Source of the DNA: Candidatus Bathyarchaeia archaeon
GTDB lineage: Archaea > Thermoproteota > Bathyarchaeia > Bathyarchaeales > Bathycorpusculaceae
Direction: 5' to 3'
Length of the DNA: 64,000 nt
Assembly: GCA_050010515.1 (NCBI GenBank)
Contig: JBEKKX010000011.1
Location: 1-64,000 of the forward strand
Positions 48,699-58,632 of this stretch are shown here, piece by piece. Positions within the stretch are counted from its first letter, which is position 1; every line of letters begins with the position of its first letter. The notes beneath the pieces were generated by a model. That model had not been told where the DNA came from. It did not search any database and saw only the letters and a program-made list of their open reading frames with translations. The position numbers and the translations under genes were made by a program.

Positions 48699-50105
48699 TT
48701 AAAGGCTGGCTTTGGCTCGCCAGAGGTTGTAGTTTATGGCTGTTCTCGCCATTATCTTGCTGTACAAATTCCCTTTCAAATATCCTTTTACAGCTTGACG
48801 AAGAATATACTGTGGACTATAGAATTTATTATAAAAGGTCTTCCTCATCTGAGCTATCTCTTTCGCTGGCAAAAGCGGATCCTCGAAAATGGGATTCATC
48901 GTGTTGTATAGCTTCCAGTCCTCTGACATTTTCCATCCCTTGCTCTCAACTAAAGCGCGAAGTTCAGTTCCCAGAAAGGGTGTAGCATGACATAACCACA
49001 CATCGTCAGGCTCTACTTTACGCACAAAATCAAAACTTTCCTGCAATGTCTCCTTTGTTTCGCCAGGGTACCCTATAATGACAGAGACCGTGACGAATAT
49101 TCCTGCTTCTTTAGCCCACTTAATTGCGTTTTCACATTGTTCAGTTGTAACTCTCTTCTTTAGTGAGTCCCGGATTCTCTGGCAACCCGATTCCACTCCA
49201 AAACAAATTTCGTCGCATCCAGCTTTACTCATTTTAGCTAAAACTTCTCTTGTAACTACGTCCGCTCTGCTTCCACAGCCCCATGGTAACTTTAATTTTC
49301 TATCAATCATTCCGTCGCAGATTTCAAGCGCTCTTTTCCTATCGAACGTTAACGTATCATCTTGAAACGCTATCCCTTCCGCTCCATAGTCGTCTCTGAG
49401 CCATTCTAGTTCATCAAGAACGTTTTTTGGACTTCTCGCTCTGTACCTTGCGCCAAACATTTGGGATGCAACGCAGAAAGAGCATTGGAAGGGGCATCCT
49501 CTGCTAGATATTATCGGAAGAAGCTTCATCCCCGTAATTCTGTATCTTTCAACAGGAATATACTTGTACGCCGGCCTAGGCAACGCATCAAGGTCTTGGA
49601 TAAAAGGTCTATCAGGTGCCTGAATAATCTGATTATCCTTCCGGAAAGTTATGCCTTTAATCTCGCTGGCTCTCTTAAGCTCGGGAGATTGCTTAGCCAA
49701 CTCTAAAAGTGTCTCCTCTCCCTCGCCCCTAACAATAATATCAACATCTTTCTCATCAGCAAGGATTTGTTTATCCGCAAAGGTTGCATGAGGTCCCCCC
49801 ATTATGACTTTAGCGTCAGGGCAAACTTCTTTTGCAACATGTGCAGATTTGAGCGCTGACTCTATCACTGGAGTCATAGAGCCAATTCCAACTATTGTAG
49901 GCTGGAAAGAATCCAATTCAGCTTTAAGCTTTCCATGATCCATTTCGCACACAGGGCAATCGAAAATTTTTACTTCAAAATCGTTTTGTTCTAAGACAGC
50001 CGCCATATATGCTAAGCCAAGTGGGGGAAAAAGTGGGTGATGTCCAACTTCTTGAAGGAGTGGCGAATTAACCAGCGCTATCTTTGTTTTATTTGTCTTC
50101 ATCAC
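48699..50105 (-). CDS. cobalamin-binding radical SAM protein #2
   Basis: PPLGLAYM, GGPH, GEGE, SRGCPFQCSFC, FQDD, GVESG. Confidence 0.92.
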   Translation of the reverse strand: MMKTNKTKIALVNSPLLQEVGHHPLFPPLGLAYMAAVLEQNDFEVKIFDCPVCEMDHGKLKAELDSFQPTIVGIGSMTPVIESALKSAHVAKEVCPDAKVIMGGPHATFADKQILADEKDVDIIVRGEGEETLLELAKQSPELKRASEIKGITFRKDNQIIQAPDRPFIQDLDALPRPAYKYIPVERYRITGMKLLPIISSRGCPFQCSFCVASQMFGARYRARSPKNVLDELEWLRDDYGAEGIAFQDDTLTFDRKRALEICDGMIDRKLKLPWGCGSRADVVTREVLAKMSKAGCDEICFGVESGCQRIRDSLKKRVTTEQCENAIKWAKEAGIFVTVSVIIGYPGETKETLQESFDFVRKVEPDDVWLCHATPFLGTELRALVESKGWKMSEDWKLYNTMNPIFEDPLLPAKEIAQMRKTFYNKFYSPQYILRQAVKGYLKGNLYSKIMARTAINYNLWRAKASL

Positions 50106-50274
50106 TATACACGTTAATGCAAGTTATTAGAATGAATTTAATCATTCCGACTTCAATATAGGTCTTAGGCAATGTTGTTTGAGAATTTTAAGCTTTTGTT
50201 AATAAGCAAGTTTTAAGCGGAATCGGTTACCACAGTTATTTTACTTGAAAAAGCAGAGTTTCATTCGCAAGCAA

Positions 50275-52515
50275 CTATGGCTTATGCTTCTTTTTATAGA
50301 GCACAGTCGCTAATACCACAGATGAAACTGTAATTATCGCTAAAATTAACGCAATAAGAACTGTGAACGATAAAGAATAGGTTTGTTTGCTTGATAAAGA
50401 ACCAAACGCATACAGCATATGATTGTATGAGCCAACGTAAACTATGTTGTTGGCTATGGCGGGCGAAGAAACAACCATTCCTCCAGTTGCATAACTCCAA
50501 ATATAAGCACCAGTCATGGCGTCCAGAGCATAAACGTTGCCATCATAAGATCCTACATAAACTATTCCATTTGCTATAGCAGGCGAAGAAGCAACCTCTC
50601 CTTGGGTTGTGTAGTTCCACACGACTTTGCCGTTTGATGCGTCCAGAGCATAAACCTTGTCATCCCCTGAACCTACATAGACTACGCCGTTTGCTATGGC
50701 AGGGGACGAGGATACATTACCCCCCGTCGTATAATTCCAAATAAGCTTACCGTCTTTAGCATTTAAAGCATAAATTTTATGGTCGTATGAACCTACGTAG
50801 ACTATGCCGTTTGCAACTGTGGGAGAAGAAACTACATAACCGTTTGTAGTGTAATTCCAGATGAGTGCTCCGTTGGAAGCGTTTAACGAATAGACGTTAT
50901 TGTCATTTGAGCCAATGTAGACTCTACCATCATAGACTGCAGGAGAGGACACCAATATCTGGCCGCCAGTAGTGTACTTCCATATGAATGCGCCGGTGGA
51001 GGCGTTTAAAGCGTAAACACTGTGGTCCTCTGAGCCCACGTACACCATACCGTTATACACTGTAGGTGAAGAAACCACTGGGTCACCAGTTTTGTAACTC
51101 CACATGTACGCACCGCTAGTAGCGTTCAAAGCGTAAATGTTATCGTCATATGAGCCTACGTAAAGTACGCCGTAAGCAACCGCTGGCGCAGAAAACATAA
51201 CCATGCCCCCAGTAGCGTAGCTCCAAACCACATTGTTATGAAGCTCCAAATTGAAACCAACCATGCCCGTGGAGGCATTCAAAGCAAACACTGCACCGTC
51301 GTGGGAACCAACATAAACTAAACCACCAGCCACGGTCGGAGACGAATCGATCTCACCGCCAGTCGCATAACTCCAGATATAACCGCCGTTGCTAGCGTTT
51401 AAAGCGTAAATTTTGCCATCCCACGAACCCACATAAACCACGCCTTGAAATACAGCAGGACGAGAAATCACTATGTCAGCAGTTGTATAGTTCCACAAGA
51501 ATCCTCCGTTTGAAGCATTCAGCGCGTAAATTTTGCTATCCTCAGATCCTACGTAAACCACGCCGCCAGCAACAGTTGGAGAAGATGCCACACTACCGCC
51601 GGTTGTGTAGTTCCAAACGTCTTTGCCATTAGATGCATTAAGTGCGTAAACTCTGTTGTCTAATGATCCTATGTAAACTAAGTCGCCAGAAACATCAGGC
51701 GAAGAGTAGACAGCAGCCCCAGTGGTAAAGTTCCATATTGATTCGCCGTTAGAAGCATCTAAGGCATAGACATTATGGTCTAATGAACCCACGTAAACAA
51801 CGCCGTTGGCAACCGTGGGTGAAGAAACTACGTTGCCGCCTGTTGTGAAGCTCCAAACTAGCTTGCCGTCTGTAGCGTTTAAAGCGTAAATCTTGTCGTC
51901 CAATGAGCCAATGTAAACTATGCCCTCACTCACGACGGCAGAAGACAGCATGATTTTGCCGCCCGTAGTATAATTCCATATATAAACTCCTGTTGTAACG
52001 TTCAAAGCGTAAACGTTCTTGTCTTCTGAACCAAAGTAAACTATTCCATTGCTAACAGTTGGATCTGAATCAACATAGTACCCTGTTGTGTACTTCCACA
52101 ATTGGTCGCCATTAGCAGCGTTAAAGGCATAAAGATTATGGTCTTCTGAACCTACGCAAACTATGCCGTCAACCACGCTGGGACGAGAAATCACTATGCC
52201 ACCTGTAAGTGAATCCCATATTATCCCCCCAGTGGAAGCGTTAAAAGCATAAATCTTATGGTCATACGAGCCTACGTACACCACGCCGTCAACTACTGAG
52301 GGTGAGCCCACTTGGCCACCAGTATTGAATTTCCATAATGTTTCGTTTGTTTTTGGCGCTGGTGAATTTGAATAGCCTGTATGTGCAATATCATCGTGAA
52401 ACATGGGCCATGAATCTACACTCGATTGGCTTCCTGCGGAGGCAATGCTTCCTAAAACGCCTGAGGCTAAAAATAGCGCTATCAAGACGAGGCAAATAAT
52501 AGCTTTTCGTTTCAT
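50275..52515 (-). CDS. membrane-anchored PQQ/BamB-like beta-propeller protein with 16 repeats
   Basis: Signal peptide, WPMFH, 16 copies of an about 40-aa unit (SSPxVxxGxVYVGSxDxxVYALNAxxGxxIW), C-terminal TM. Confidence 0.88.
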   Translation of the reverse strand: MKRKAIICLVLIALFLASGVLGSIASAGSQSSVDSWPMFHDDIAHTGYSNSPAPKTNETLWKFNTGGQVGSPSVVDGVVYVGSYDHKIYAFNASTGGIIWDSLTGGIVISRPSVVDGIVCVGSEDHNLYAFNAANGDQLWKYTTGYYVDSDPTVSNGIVYFGSEDKNVYALNVTTGVYIWNYTTGGKIMLSSAVVSEGIVYIGSLDDKIYALNATDGKLVWSFTTGGNVVSSPTVANGVVYVGSLDHNVYALDASNGESIWNFTTGAAVYSSPDVSGDLVYIGSLDNRVYALNASNGKDVWNYTTGGSVASSPTVAGGVVYVGSEDSKIYALNASNGGFLWNYTTADIVISRPAVFQGVVYVGSWDGKIYALNASNGGYIWSYATGGEIDSSPTVAGGLVYVGSHDGAVFALNASTGMVGFNLELHNNVVWSYATGGMVMFSAPAVAYGVLYVGSYDDNIYALNATSGAYMWSYKTGDPVVSSPTVYNGMVYVGSEDHSVYALNASTGAFIWKYTTGGQILVSSPAVYDGRVYIGSNDNNVYSLNASNGALIWNYTTNGYVVSSPTVANGIVYVGSYDHKIYALNAKDGKLIWNYTTGGNVSSSPAIANGVVYVGSGDDKVYALDASNGKVVWNYTTQGEVASSPAIANGIVYVGSYDGNVYALDAMTGAYIWSYATGGMVVSSPAIANNIVYVGSYNHMLYAFGSLSSKQTYSLSFTVLIALILAIITVSSVVLATVLYKKKHKP

Positions 52516-52599
52516 TTTTACTCTTATCTATGTTCGGCTCTTATCTACTTATAAGATATTTTCTTTTATTGTCTCATAAATGAGAAATGAGGGGTTGTA

Positions 52600-53673
52600 C
52601 TATTTTTTGCGAAGACTTTCAGGTACATATGCGCATGCTGGGTCAGATTCGTAAATGTCTCCTGTGTAAGCATACGCTCTGTTTCTGCAGCCTCCGCAGA
52701 GTTCTCGGTATTCACAGACTCCGCATTTACCCTTCAGAACGTTTCTATCTTGGAAGCTCTTGTAATACTTTGATTGCTGGATTTCTTTCCATGCCGTGGT
52801 AAGGCTTTTTTGTCTTATGTTTCCCAGCATCATTGGTTCTGAAGGCTGAAGATCGGTGTAGAAGCATGGTATTAAATCGCCATTTTCGGTTACACTCAAG
52901 TATCCGCCAAAAGCGAAATAGGTGCATTTGCCGTGAAACTTATGTTCATACCACTCGTCAAAATTCAGAGGGTTTCTTTGTTTTACAACACGCGCATAAT
53001 GCGGGCAATGTACATGGATCTCAAATTTTCCTTCATATTTTTGGGTCAAGTCCCATATATGATTGAGGGTCCACTCGTACTGCTCAGGAGTCGGAGTTAA
53101 CTCCATTGTTTCTTTTGCTCTTCCGCTAGGAACAAGATGGTTAAACCAGACAAAGTTGGCATGGTATTGCTCAGCTAACTCTGCGACGTGGTCTAAATGC
53201 TTATAGTTTATAGTTGTAATTGCGCATGCTAAGCCATTTAGGATTTTGCCTTTCGATAGCTTCTGGATAGCCGCCAGCGCCTTTTTGTATGATCCTTTTC
53301 CTCTTAATTGATCATTGATTTCTTCTGGACCGTCTATGCTTACGGATGTCCAAACTTGATTTTTGACCAAGTTATCGTAAATTTTTCCGTCCACAAAACA
53401 TCCGTTAGTTAATAAGCACACGTTGAGACCTAGACTCTTTGCGTGATCTATAATTTCGAAAATGTCTTCACGCATTAGGGGTTCGCCGCCTTTTATGCCG
53501 AACCATCTTACGCCGAAGTTATGAACCTCGTCCACTAAATGTAGTGCCTCTTTTGTGCTCATTTCTCTGGGGGCATGCTTACCTGTAGCGTCAACATTGC
53601 AGTATTTGCAACGGGCATTGCAAGCGCCTGTTGCCCTCCAAGAAGTCATAAGTAACGGACCTTTACTTGTCAA
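52600..53673 (-). CDS. radical SAM/SPASM protein #2
   Basis: CNARCKYC, GGEPL, SIDG; CTYF, IPC, CGVCEYRELCGGC, DPAC; paralog of 37335..38414. Confidence 0.9.
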   Translation of the reverse strand: MTSKGPLLMTSWRATGACNARCKYCNVDATGKHAPREMSTKEALHLVDEVHNFGVRWFGIKGGEPLMREDIFEIIDHAKSLGLNVCLLTNGCFVDGKIYDNLVKNQVWTSVSIDGPEEINDQLRGKGSYKKALAAIQKLSKGKILNGLACAITTINYKHLDHVAELAEQYHANFVWFNHLVPSGRAKETMELTPTPEQYEWTLNHIWDLTQKYEGKFEIHVHCPHYARVVKQRNPLNFDEWYEHKFHGKCTYFAFGGYLSVTENGDLIPCFYTDLQPSEPMMLGNIRQKSLTTAWKEIQQSKYYKSFQDRNVLKGKCGVCEYRELCGGCRNRAYAYTGDIYESDPACAYVPESLRKK

Positions 53674-53960
53674 AGTTTAAAATCCACCCTCAAATTCTCT
53701 TCGCTGATTTATCATTTATCTTAACGTTTCTTTTCAACTTAAAAAAGATTGTGCGCTCTCTCTTGTTTTTATTTTTTGCGTTATCTTTGCATTTTTCTGT
53801 TTCAATGTAACTGAAATTATGGAATCACAAGTTTCCACAAGGTTTATAGTGAAATAGATCATCATACCATTATCGGGGCTCAAGGCATTAACCTCTTAAT
53901 TGAAAATCTCTATATCATAAATATTAGGGGGTAATTGCAATTCCCAAAAAAATTCTAGCC

Positions 53961-56606
53961 ATGGTCATTTTGGCTCTATTGCTTTTTTCATCAGTTTTTG
54001 CTTCTATTTCAATCTTTCATGCGGATGCAAGTGCTCAGGTGAACGCTAATACAACCTCCGCCAATAGCACTTTAAATAAGTACGAGTGGCCAGAATTTCA
54101 AGGCGATTCCTCTTTCACGCGGTTCTCAGCGGGACCAGCCCCTGACACATCAAACATACTTTGGAAAGCTAACATAACAGGAATACAACCCTATATCGCA
54201 GCCTTTGACGGAATGATTTTCGCTTGCACCAACACTTCAGTTGTTGCACTTGACCAATCAGGAAACATCGTTTGGCAAACAGCAATTCCAATGAATAAAA
54301 CTTGGCCGATAGCCTACGAAATCGATAGTTCACACATGATTGTGGAAGGCACTTGTCTTGACCCAAACACGGGAAATATATTATGGACTAGCTCTTCGTT
54401 CTGCGCCGACACTGGTATTTTCAACGCCGATGTCTACAGCCCAGAAGAGCAAATGTTTTACATAAAGCTCAATTCCTATATTGAAGCTTGGAACTTTTCT
54501 GATCCCTCAAAGCCGCCAACTATGGCTTGGAAAACCTATATTCCAGGCGGTGGCATAACCGGCATCGGAACAACATACGGTGACGGCATGGTGTTTCCGG
54601 GCTCTTTTGAAAATCAGCAAATGGCGCTCAATGCGACGACAGGAGCAGTCTTGTGGACTACTCTCACAAAGGGACCTATGATCTTCAATGGCGCCTATTC
54701 TGATGGCAGATTCTTGAGAGGAGGAACAGATGATAATACACTGTATTGTTTCAACGCCATCAACGGCCAAATTCTTTGGACATACACTCCAGACACAAAC
54801 GGCTACTTCGTCACAGGTCCCGCGATAGCGTATGGAACGGTTTATGAAATGAACAAAGACGGATATCTTTACGCTATCGACATTGCAACTGGTGATCTAG
54901 TGTGGAAATATAGCGCGTCAGATAAAACACTTATCTGGCCAGGAATGCCCACAGTTGCAGACGGCAAAGTCTATGTAACAACAGGCGAAACCGCGGCATA
55001 TAATGGTCCACCCGGAACCTCCGAATTTGCATGTTTGAACGCTTACACTGGGCAGCCCATTTGGACGCTTCCTATAGAAGCCTTGCCTCCAAGGGAGTCT
55101 GTTGCAATTGCGTACGGCAATTTGTACATCATTCCAGGCGATGTGACAACAGCGGTCGATACGCTCACAGGAACAGAATACTCCACGGTCAACCAGCTGT
55201 GGGCAATAGGGACCAACTCTACGACAATACCAACGCCTTCAGCGACTCCATCTCCAACAGGTACACCGATTCCAACGCCAGTACCTACACCAACGCCAAC
55301 GCCGATTCTAACTCCAATTACTGCTAGTAATTGGTCTATGTGGCGGGCTGATCCAACGCATTCCTCTACTGCTCAAGAAGGTCCTTCAAACCTTACTTTG
55401 GCTTGGAAATTCACAACTGACGGGTCAGTTATCTCCTCACCGAGTGTTGTAGACGGAATAGTTTATGTTGGTTCACAGGACAAAAACATCTACGCTATTG
55501 GAGCATCGAGCGGTAATCTTATCTGGAAGTTCACCACTAACGGTGCAATTATATCTTCGCCTGCAGTTGCAAACGGCAAAGTTTACGTGGGAAGCGAGGA
55601 TGGATACGTTTATTGTCTTAACGCTAACACAGGTGCCTTCGCCTGGAAAACATTTGTCAATAGCGACCTGCCTTTCACGTTTGGGGACTTAGTGCTTAAA
55701 TCTTCACCAGTAGTATCCGGAGGCATAGTCTACATAGGATCCTTAGACAGCTACCTCTACGCCCTTAACGCAAACAACGGCGACATAGTCTGGAAGACCA
55801 AAACAGACGGGCCAATTGAATCTTCTCCAGCGTTTGCCGACGGCGCTGTCTACTTCACTTCTCAAGAACCAACGGCAGGCACTCTCTACAAACTAGACGC
55901 TAACACTGGAGCTGTAATTTGGAAGCTACCACTTCCCTATCAATATTCATTCGTGGGAGGCACAGAAATGCTTGGTTCTCCATCAGTCGCAGCAGGCATG
56001 GTCTTTGCATCCTCCGACTGGGGAGCTTATTATGCTGTAAATGCTACGACAGGTATTGTTATATGGAAATTCATAAATCCAGCCGCCATTGAATTCATAG
56101 TTTCTTCCCCAATTTATGTTAACGGTGAACTTTTCATCATCGACATATTCAACATAGCTTGTCTAAACGCAACGAACGGTCACACCCTTTGGAGCGCCTA
56201 CACAGGGGATGAGTTGTATGTTTCACCCTCTTACGCTGACGGCAAAATCTACGTTACAACTAGTCAACGCGATATCTTCGTGCTTGATACGACAAGTAAC
56301 GGCACAAAAATTGCAACCGCCACCACGCCTTCCAGCAGTTGGTCTTCACCGACCATAGCCAACGATAGATTATACATAGGATGTAACGACTGGAACGTTT
56401 ACTGCTTCTCCGGTTACGTCACTAACCAAGCTTCAACTCCGGCTCCATCACACAATGTTACCTTGGGATATGACTTAGTAATAGTCGTTGCCGTTACAGC
56501 TATTGTTGTGGTTGTTGCACTTTTTACAGTTGACTATGCAGCCAGAAAAAAGACCAAAAAATCGTCGATTGCCTCTGTAAGTGTCTACGGTTTTCCTGAA
56601 GTGTAG
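53961..56606 (+). CDS. membrane-anchored tandem PQQ-like beta-propeller protein
   Basis: Signal peptide, two propeller units (WPEFQGD..., WSMWRAD...) separated by a PT linker, C-terminal TM. Confidence 0.85.
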   Translation: MVILALLLFSSVFASISIFHADASAQVNANTTSANSTLNKYEWPEFQGDSSFTRFSAGPAPDTSNILWKANITGIQPYIAAFDGMIFACTNTSVVALDQSGNIVWQTAIPMNKTWPIAYEIDSSHMIVEGTCLDPNTGNILWTSSSFCADTGIFNADVYSPEEQMFYIKLNSYIEAWNFSDPSKPPTMAWKTYIPGGGITGIGTTYGDGMVFPGSFENQQMALNATTGAVLWTTLTKGPMIFNGAYSDGRFLRGGTDDNTLYCFNAINGQILWTYTPDTNGYFVTGPAIAYGTVYEMNKDGYLYAIDIATGDLVWKYSASDKTLIWPGMPTVADGKVYVTTGETAAYNGPPGTSEFACLNAYTGQPIWTLPIEALPPRESVAIAYGNLYIIPGDVTTAVDTLTGTEYSTVNQLWAIGTNSTTIPTPSATPSPTGTPIPTPVPTPTPTPILTPITASNWSMWRADPTHSSTAQEGPSNLTLAWKFTTDGSVISSPSVVDGIVYVGSQDKNIYAIGASSGNLIWKFTTNGAIISSPAVANGKVYVGSEDGYVYCLNANTGAFAWKTFVNSDLPFTFGDLVLKSSPVVSGGIVYIGSLDSYLYALNANNGDIVWKTKTDGPIESSPAFADGAVYFTSQEPTAGTLYKLDANTGAVIWKLPLPYQYSFVGGTEMLGSPSVAAGMVFASSDWGAYYAVNATTGIVIWKFINPAAIEFIVSSPIYVNGELFIIDIFNIACLNATNGHTLWSAYTGDELYVSPSYADGKIYVTTSQRDIFVLDTTSNGTKIATATTPSSSWSSPTIANDRLYIGCNDWNVYCFSGYVTNQASTPAPSHNVTLGYDLVIVVAVTAIVVVVALFTVDYAARKKTKKSSIASVSVYGFPEV

Positions 56607-56739
56607 ATTTGCGTCATCGTTATGGCGGTCTTAGGGCATGGTGAAATTTGGTGTTTTTTGGCGAAATTAATGGAAAGTGTAAAATGGCGGCAGTCGGTTG
56701 AAACGGAATTTACGCTTGTGGTTTAAAGGTGCGATGAGC

Positions 56740-58209
56740 TTAATCTTGCTGGTCTTTGCTTGGCGTACTATGCCCGCCTGGGCTCTTTTTCGTGTGCCTC
56801 ACTTTGCCTAATTGTCTAAAAGCCCATCTTGACGCCCTATACTTCCATACGAGATGGTTTAGTGCCATGCGCGCCATGATTTCGCTATGGAAGTCTCCTC
56901 TGAGTTTCATTCGTAGGTAGTATGTTGGGGTAAAGACGCTGTCGTAGAGTGCTTTTTTGGTTTCCTCTAGCTTTTCAAGCGGCAAGAGAGTGTTTTTGAA
57001 AACTTGCGTTTGCTCATGGTACTGGTTCCAGTCCTCGGACATTTCTAAGCCTAATTCCTTTACGTAACTATAAAGTTCGGTGCCTGGGTAAGGAACTGCC
57101 TCACACATGTAAACGTAATCAGGCTTAGTTTTATGAATAAAGTCTATTGTTTGCTGTAGCATTTCTGGCGTTTCGCCTGGGTAACCGATGACAAGGGATA
57201 TGGCGACTAGTACTCCCGCTTCTTTTGCCAATTTTATGGCTGTTGCATTCTGCTCAACGGTTGTGCCTTTCCGCATAATGTTTAGCATCTGTTGGCTGCC
57301 TGATTCGACGCCGAAATGGATGAGCTGGCAGTTTGTACTCCTAAGTTTAGTTAAAAGTTCCTTGGATACTTTGTCTACTCTTGTTCGGCAGTCCCATGGG
57401 AGCTCAAATTTTCTGGTCTTCATTTCGTCGCAGATCGCGATTGCTCGGTTCACGTCAAAAGTGAATGTGTCATCATAGAAGGCGAAGGCTCCTGCTCCAA
57501 AAGTGTCTCTTAGCCACTCAAGTTCGTCAACAACTTTCCTTGGGCTTCTCGCTCTAAAGCCTCTTCCACACATTTTAGATGCCAAGCAGAAGGCGCAATT
57601 GAAGGGGCATCCTCTACTGGTTATAATGGGCATGTAGGTTATTCCAGAAATTTTGTATCTGGTTACATCAAAATGTTTGTGCGCTGGATGTGGAAGTGTA
57701 TCAATATCTTCTATGAAAGGTCTGTCAGGGGTGCGATAAACTTGACCGTTCTTTTTGAAAGTTATGCCTAAAACATCGTTGAGGCTTTTCAGGTTGCCGT
57801 TGGACACTAAAGCGGTAAGCTCCAGCATGGTTTGTTCCCCTTCGCCTCGCACCACGATGTCTACGTCTGCGCTTTCAGTGAAGGTTCGCTCATCCATAAC
57901 CGTAACGTGTGGTCCACCAATCATGGTTATGCAGTTCGGCAGAGCCGTTTTGGCGGCTTTCAAAATTTGAAGCGCAGGCAAGTAAGTAACAGTTGCAGCT
58001 GTTACGCCAACTATGTCAGGGTTAAGACTTCTGAACTTGTCTTCCAGCTCTTTTTGGCTTGGTCTGGAAACCTGGCAATCAACCACATCTACCTCATACC
58101 CTTTTTCCTCAAGCACCGCTGCCAAGTAGCTTATGCCAAGAGGGATAAAGACGGCTTGTGGCACATCCTCTGGGTAAGGTGGATTTGCAAGTACTACGTG
58201 AGCTTTCAC
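56740..58209 (-). CDS. cobalamin-binding radical SAM protein #3
   Basis: NPPYP, PLGISYL, GGPH, GEGE, SRGCPFNCAFC, GVESG, PYPGT. Confidence 0.92.
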   Translation of the reverse strand: MKAHVVLANPPYPEDVPQAVFIPLGISYLAAVLEEKGYEVDVVDCQVSRPSQKELEDKFRSLNPDIVGVTAATVTYLPALQILKAAKTALPNCITMIGGPHVTVMDERTFTESADVDIVVRGEGEQTMLELTALVSNGNLKSLNDVLGITFKKNGQVYRTPDRPFIEDIDTLPHPAHKHFDVTRYKISGITYMPIITSRGCPFNCAFCLASKMCGRGFRARSPRKVVDELEWLRDTFGAGAFAFYDDTFTFDVNRAIAICDEMKTRKFELPWDCRTRVDKVSKELLTKLRSTNCQLIHFGVESGSQQMLNIMRKGTTVEQNATAIKLAKEAGVLVAISLVIGYPGETPEMLQQTIDFIHKTKPDYVYMCEAVPYPGTELYSYVKELGLEMSEDWNQYHEQTQVFKNTLLPLEKLEETKKALYDSVFTPTYYLRMKLRGDFHSEIMARMALNHLVWKYRASRWAFRQLGKVRHTKKSPGGHSTPSKDQQD

Positions 58210-58326
58210 GTTGTCTCCCCGACTTTTAATAATGGAAAACGGTTAAGCCAACTATTATGTGTTTTGCAGATACGTGTGTCGTAAACTTAATAGCTTGTTA
58301 GAGCATCATGTATTTTCGGTGTAGCA

Positions 58327-58539
58327 ATGACTGAAAAATCGATACAAGCTCCTAAGATAAGCGCTGAAGAATACAAAAAATACCGTGGAAAAGATGTAGC
58401 CTTATACAAGAACAAAATAATAGCAGACGGAGAAACTTCAGAGGAAGCACTGCAGAGAGCCCTAAAAAAGTATCCTGAGCTAAAGCCTGAAGACATCGAA
58501 ATTTATTACATAGAATCAGCGGATGAACTAATCCTTTGA
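58327..58539 (+). CDS. DUF5678-like small protein
   Basis: YRGKDVAL...IIADG...EEAL pattern, 70 aa. Confidence 0.7.
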   Translation: MTEKSIQAPKISAEEYKKYRGKDVALYKNKIIADGETSEEALQRALKKYPELKPEDIEIYYIESADELIL

Positions 58540-58631
58540 ATCGATATAGCTTCAAATGTACACCTGAACCAACAAAAAAGGGCGTAATCAACCGTCCAAC
58601 AGCACGGGTCTTTCTGCAATCAACAGGATAA
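58536..58631 (+). pseudogene. N-terminal remnant of a probable retropepsin-like aspartyl protease
   Basis: TTGA overlap with the DUF5678 gene; MNRYSFKCTPEPTKKGVINRPTARVFLQSTG*, which stops before any D-T/S-G motif. Confidence 0.45.
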
Positions 58632-58632
58632 A

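Noticed and set aside
50275-52515. Approximately 120-bp periodic DNA repeat as a non-coding array or DGR target
   Set aside because: Fully explained by 40-aa propeller blades; no reverse transcriptase or adenine-specific template/variable repeat pair seen.
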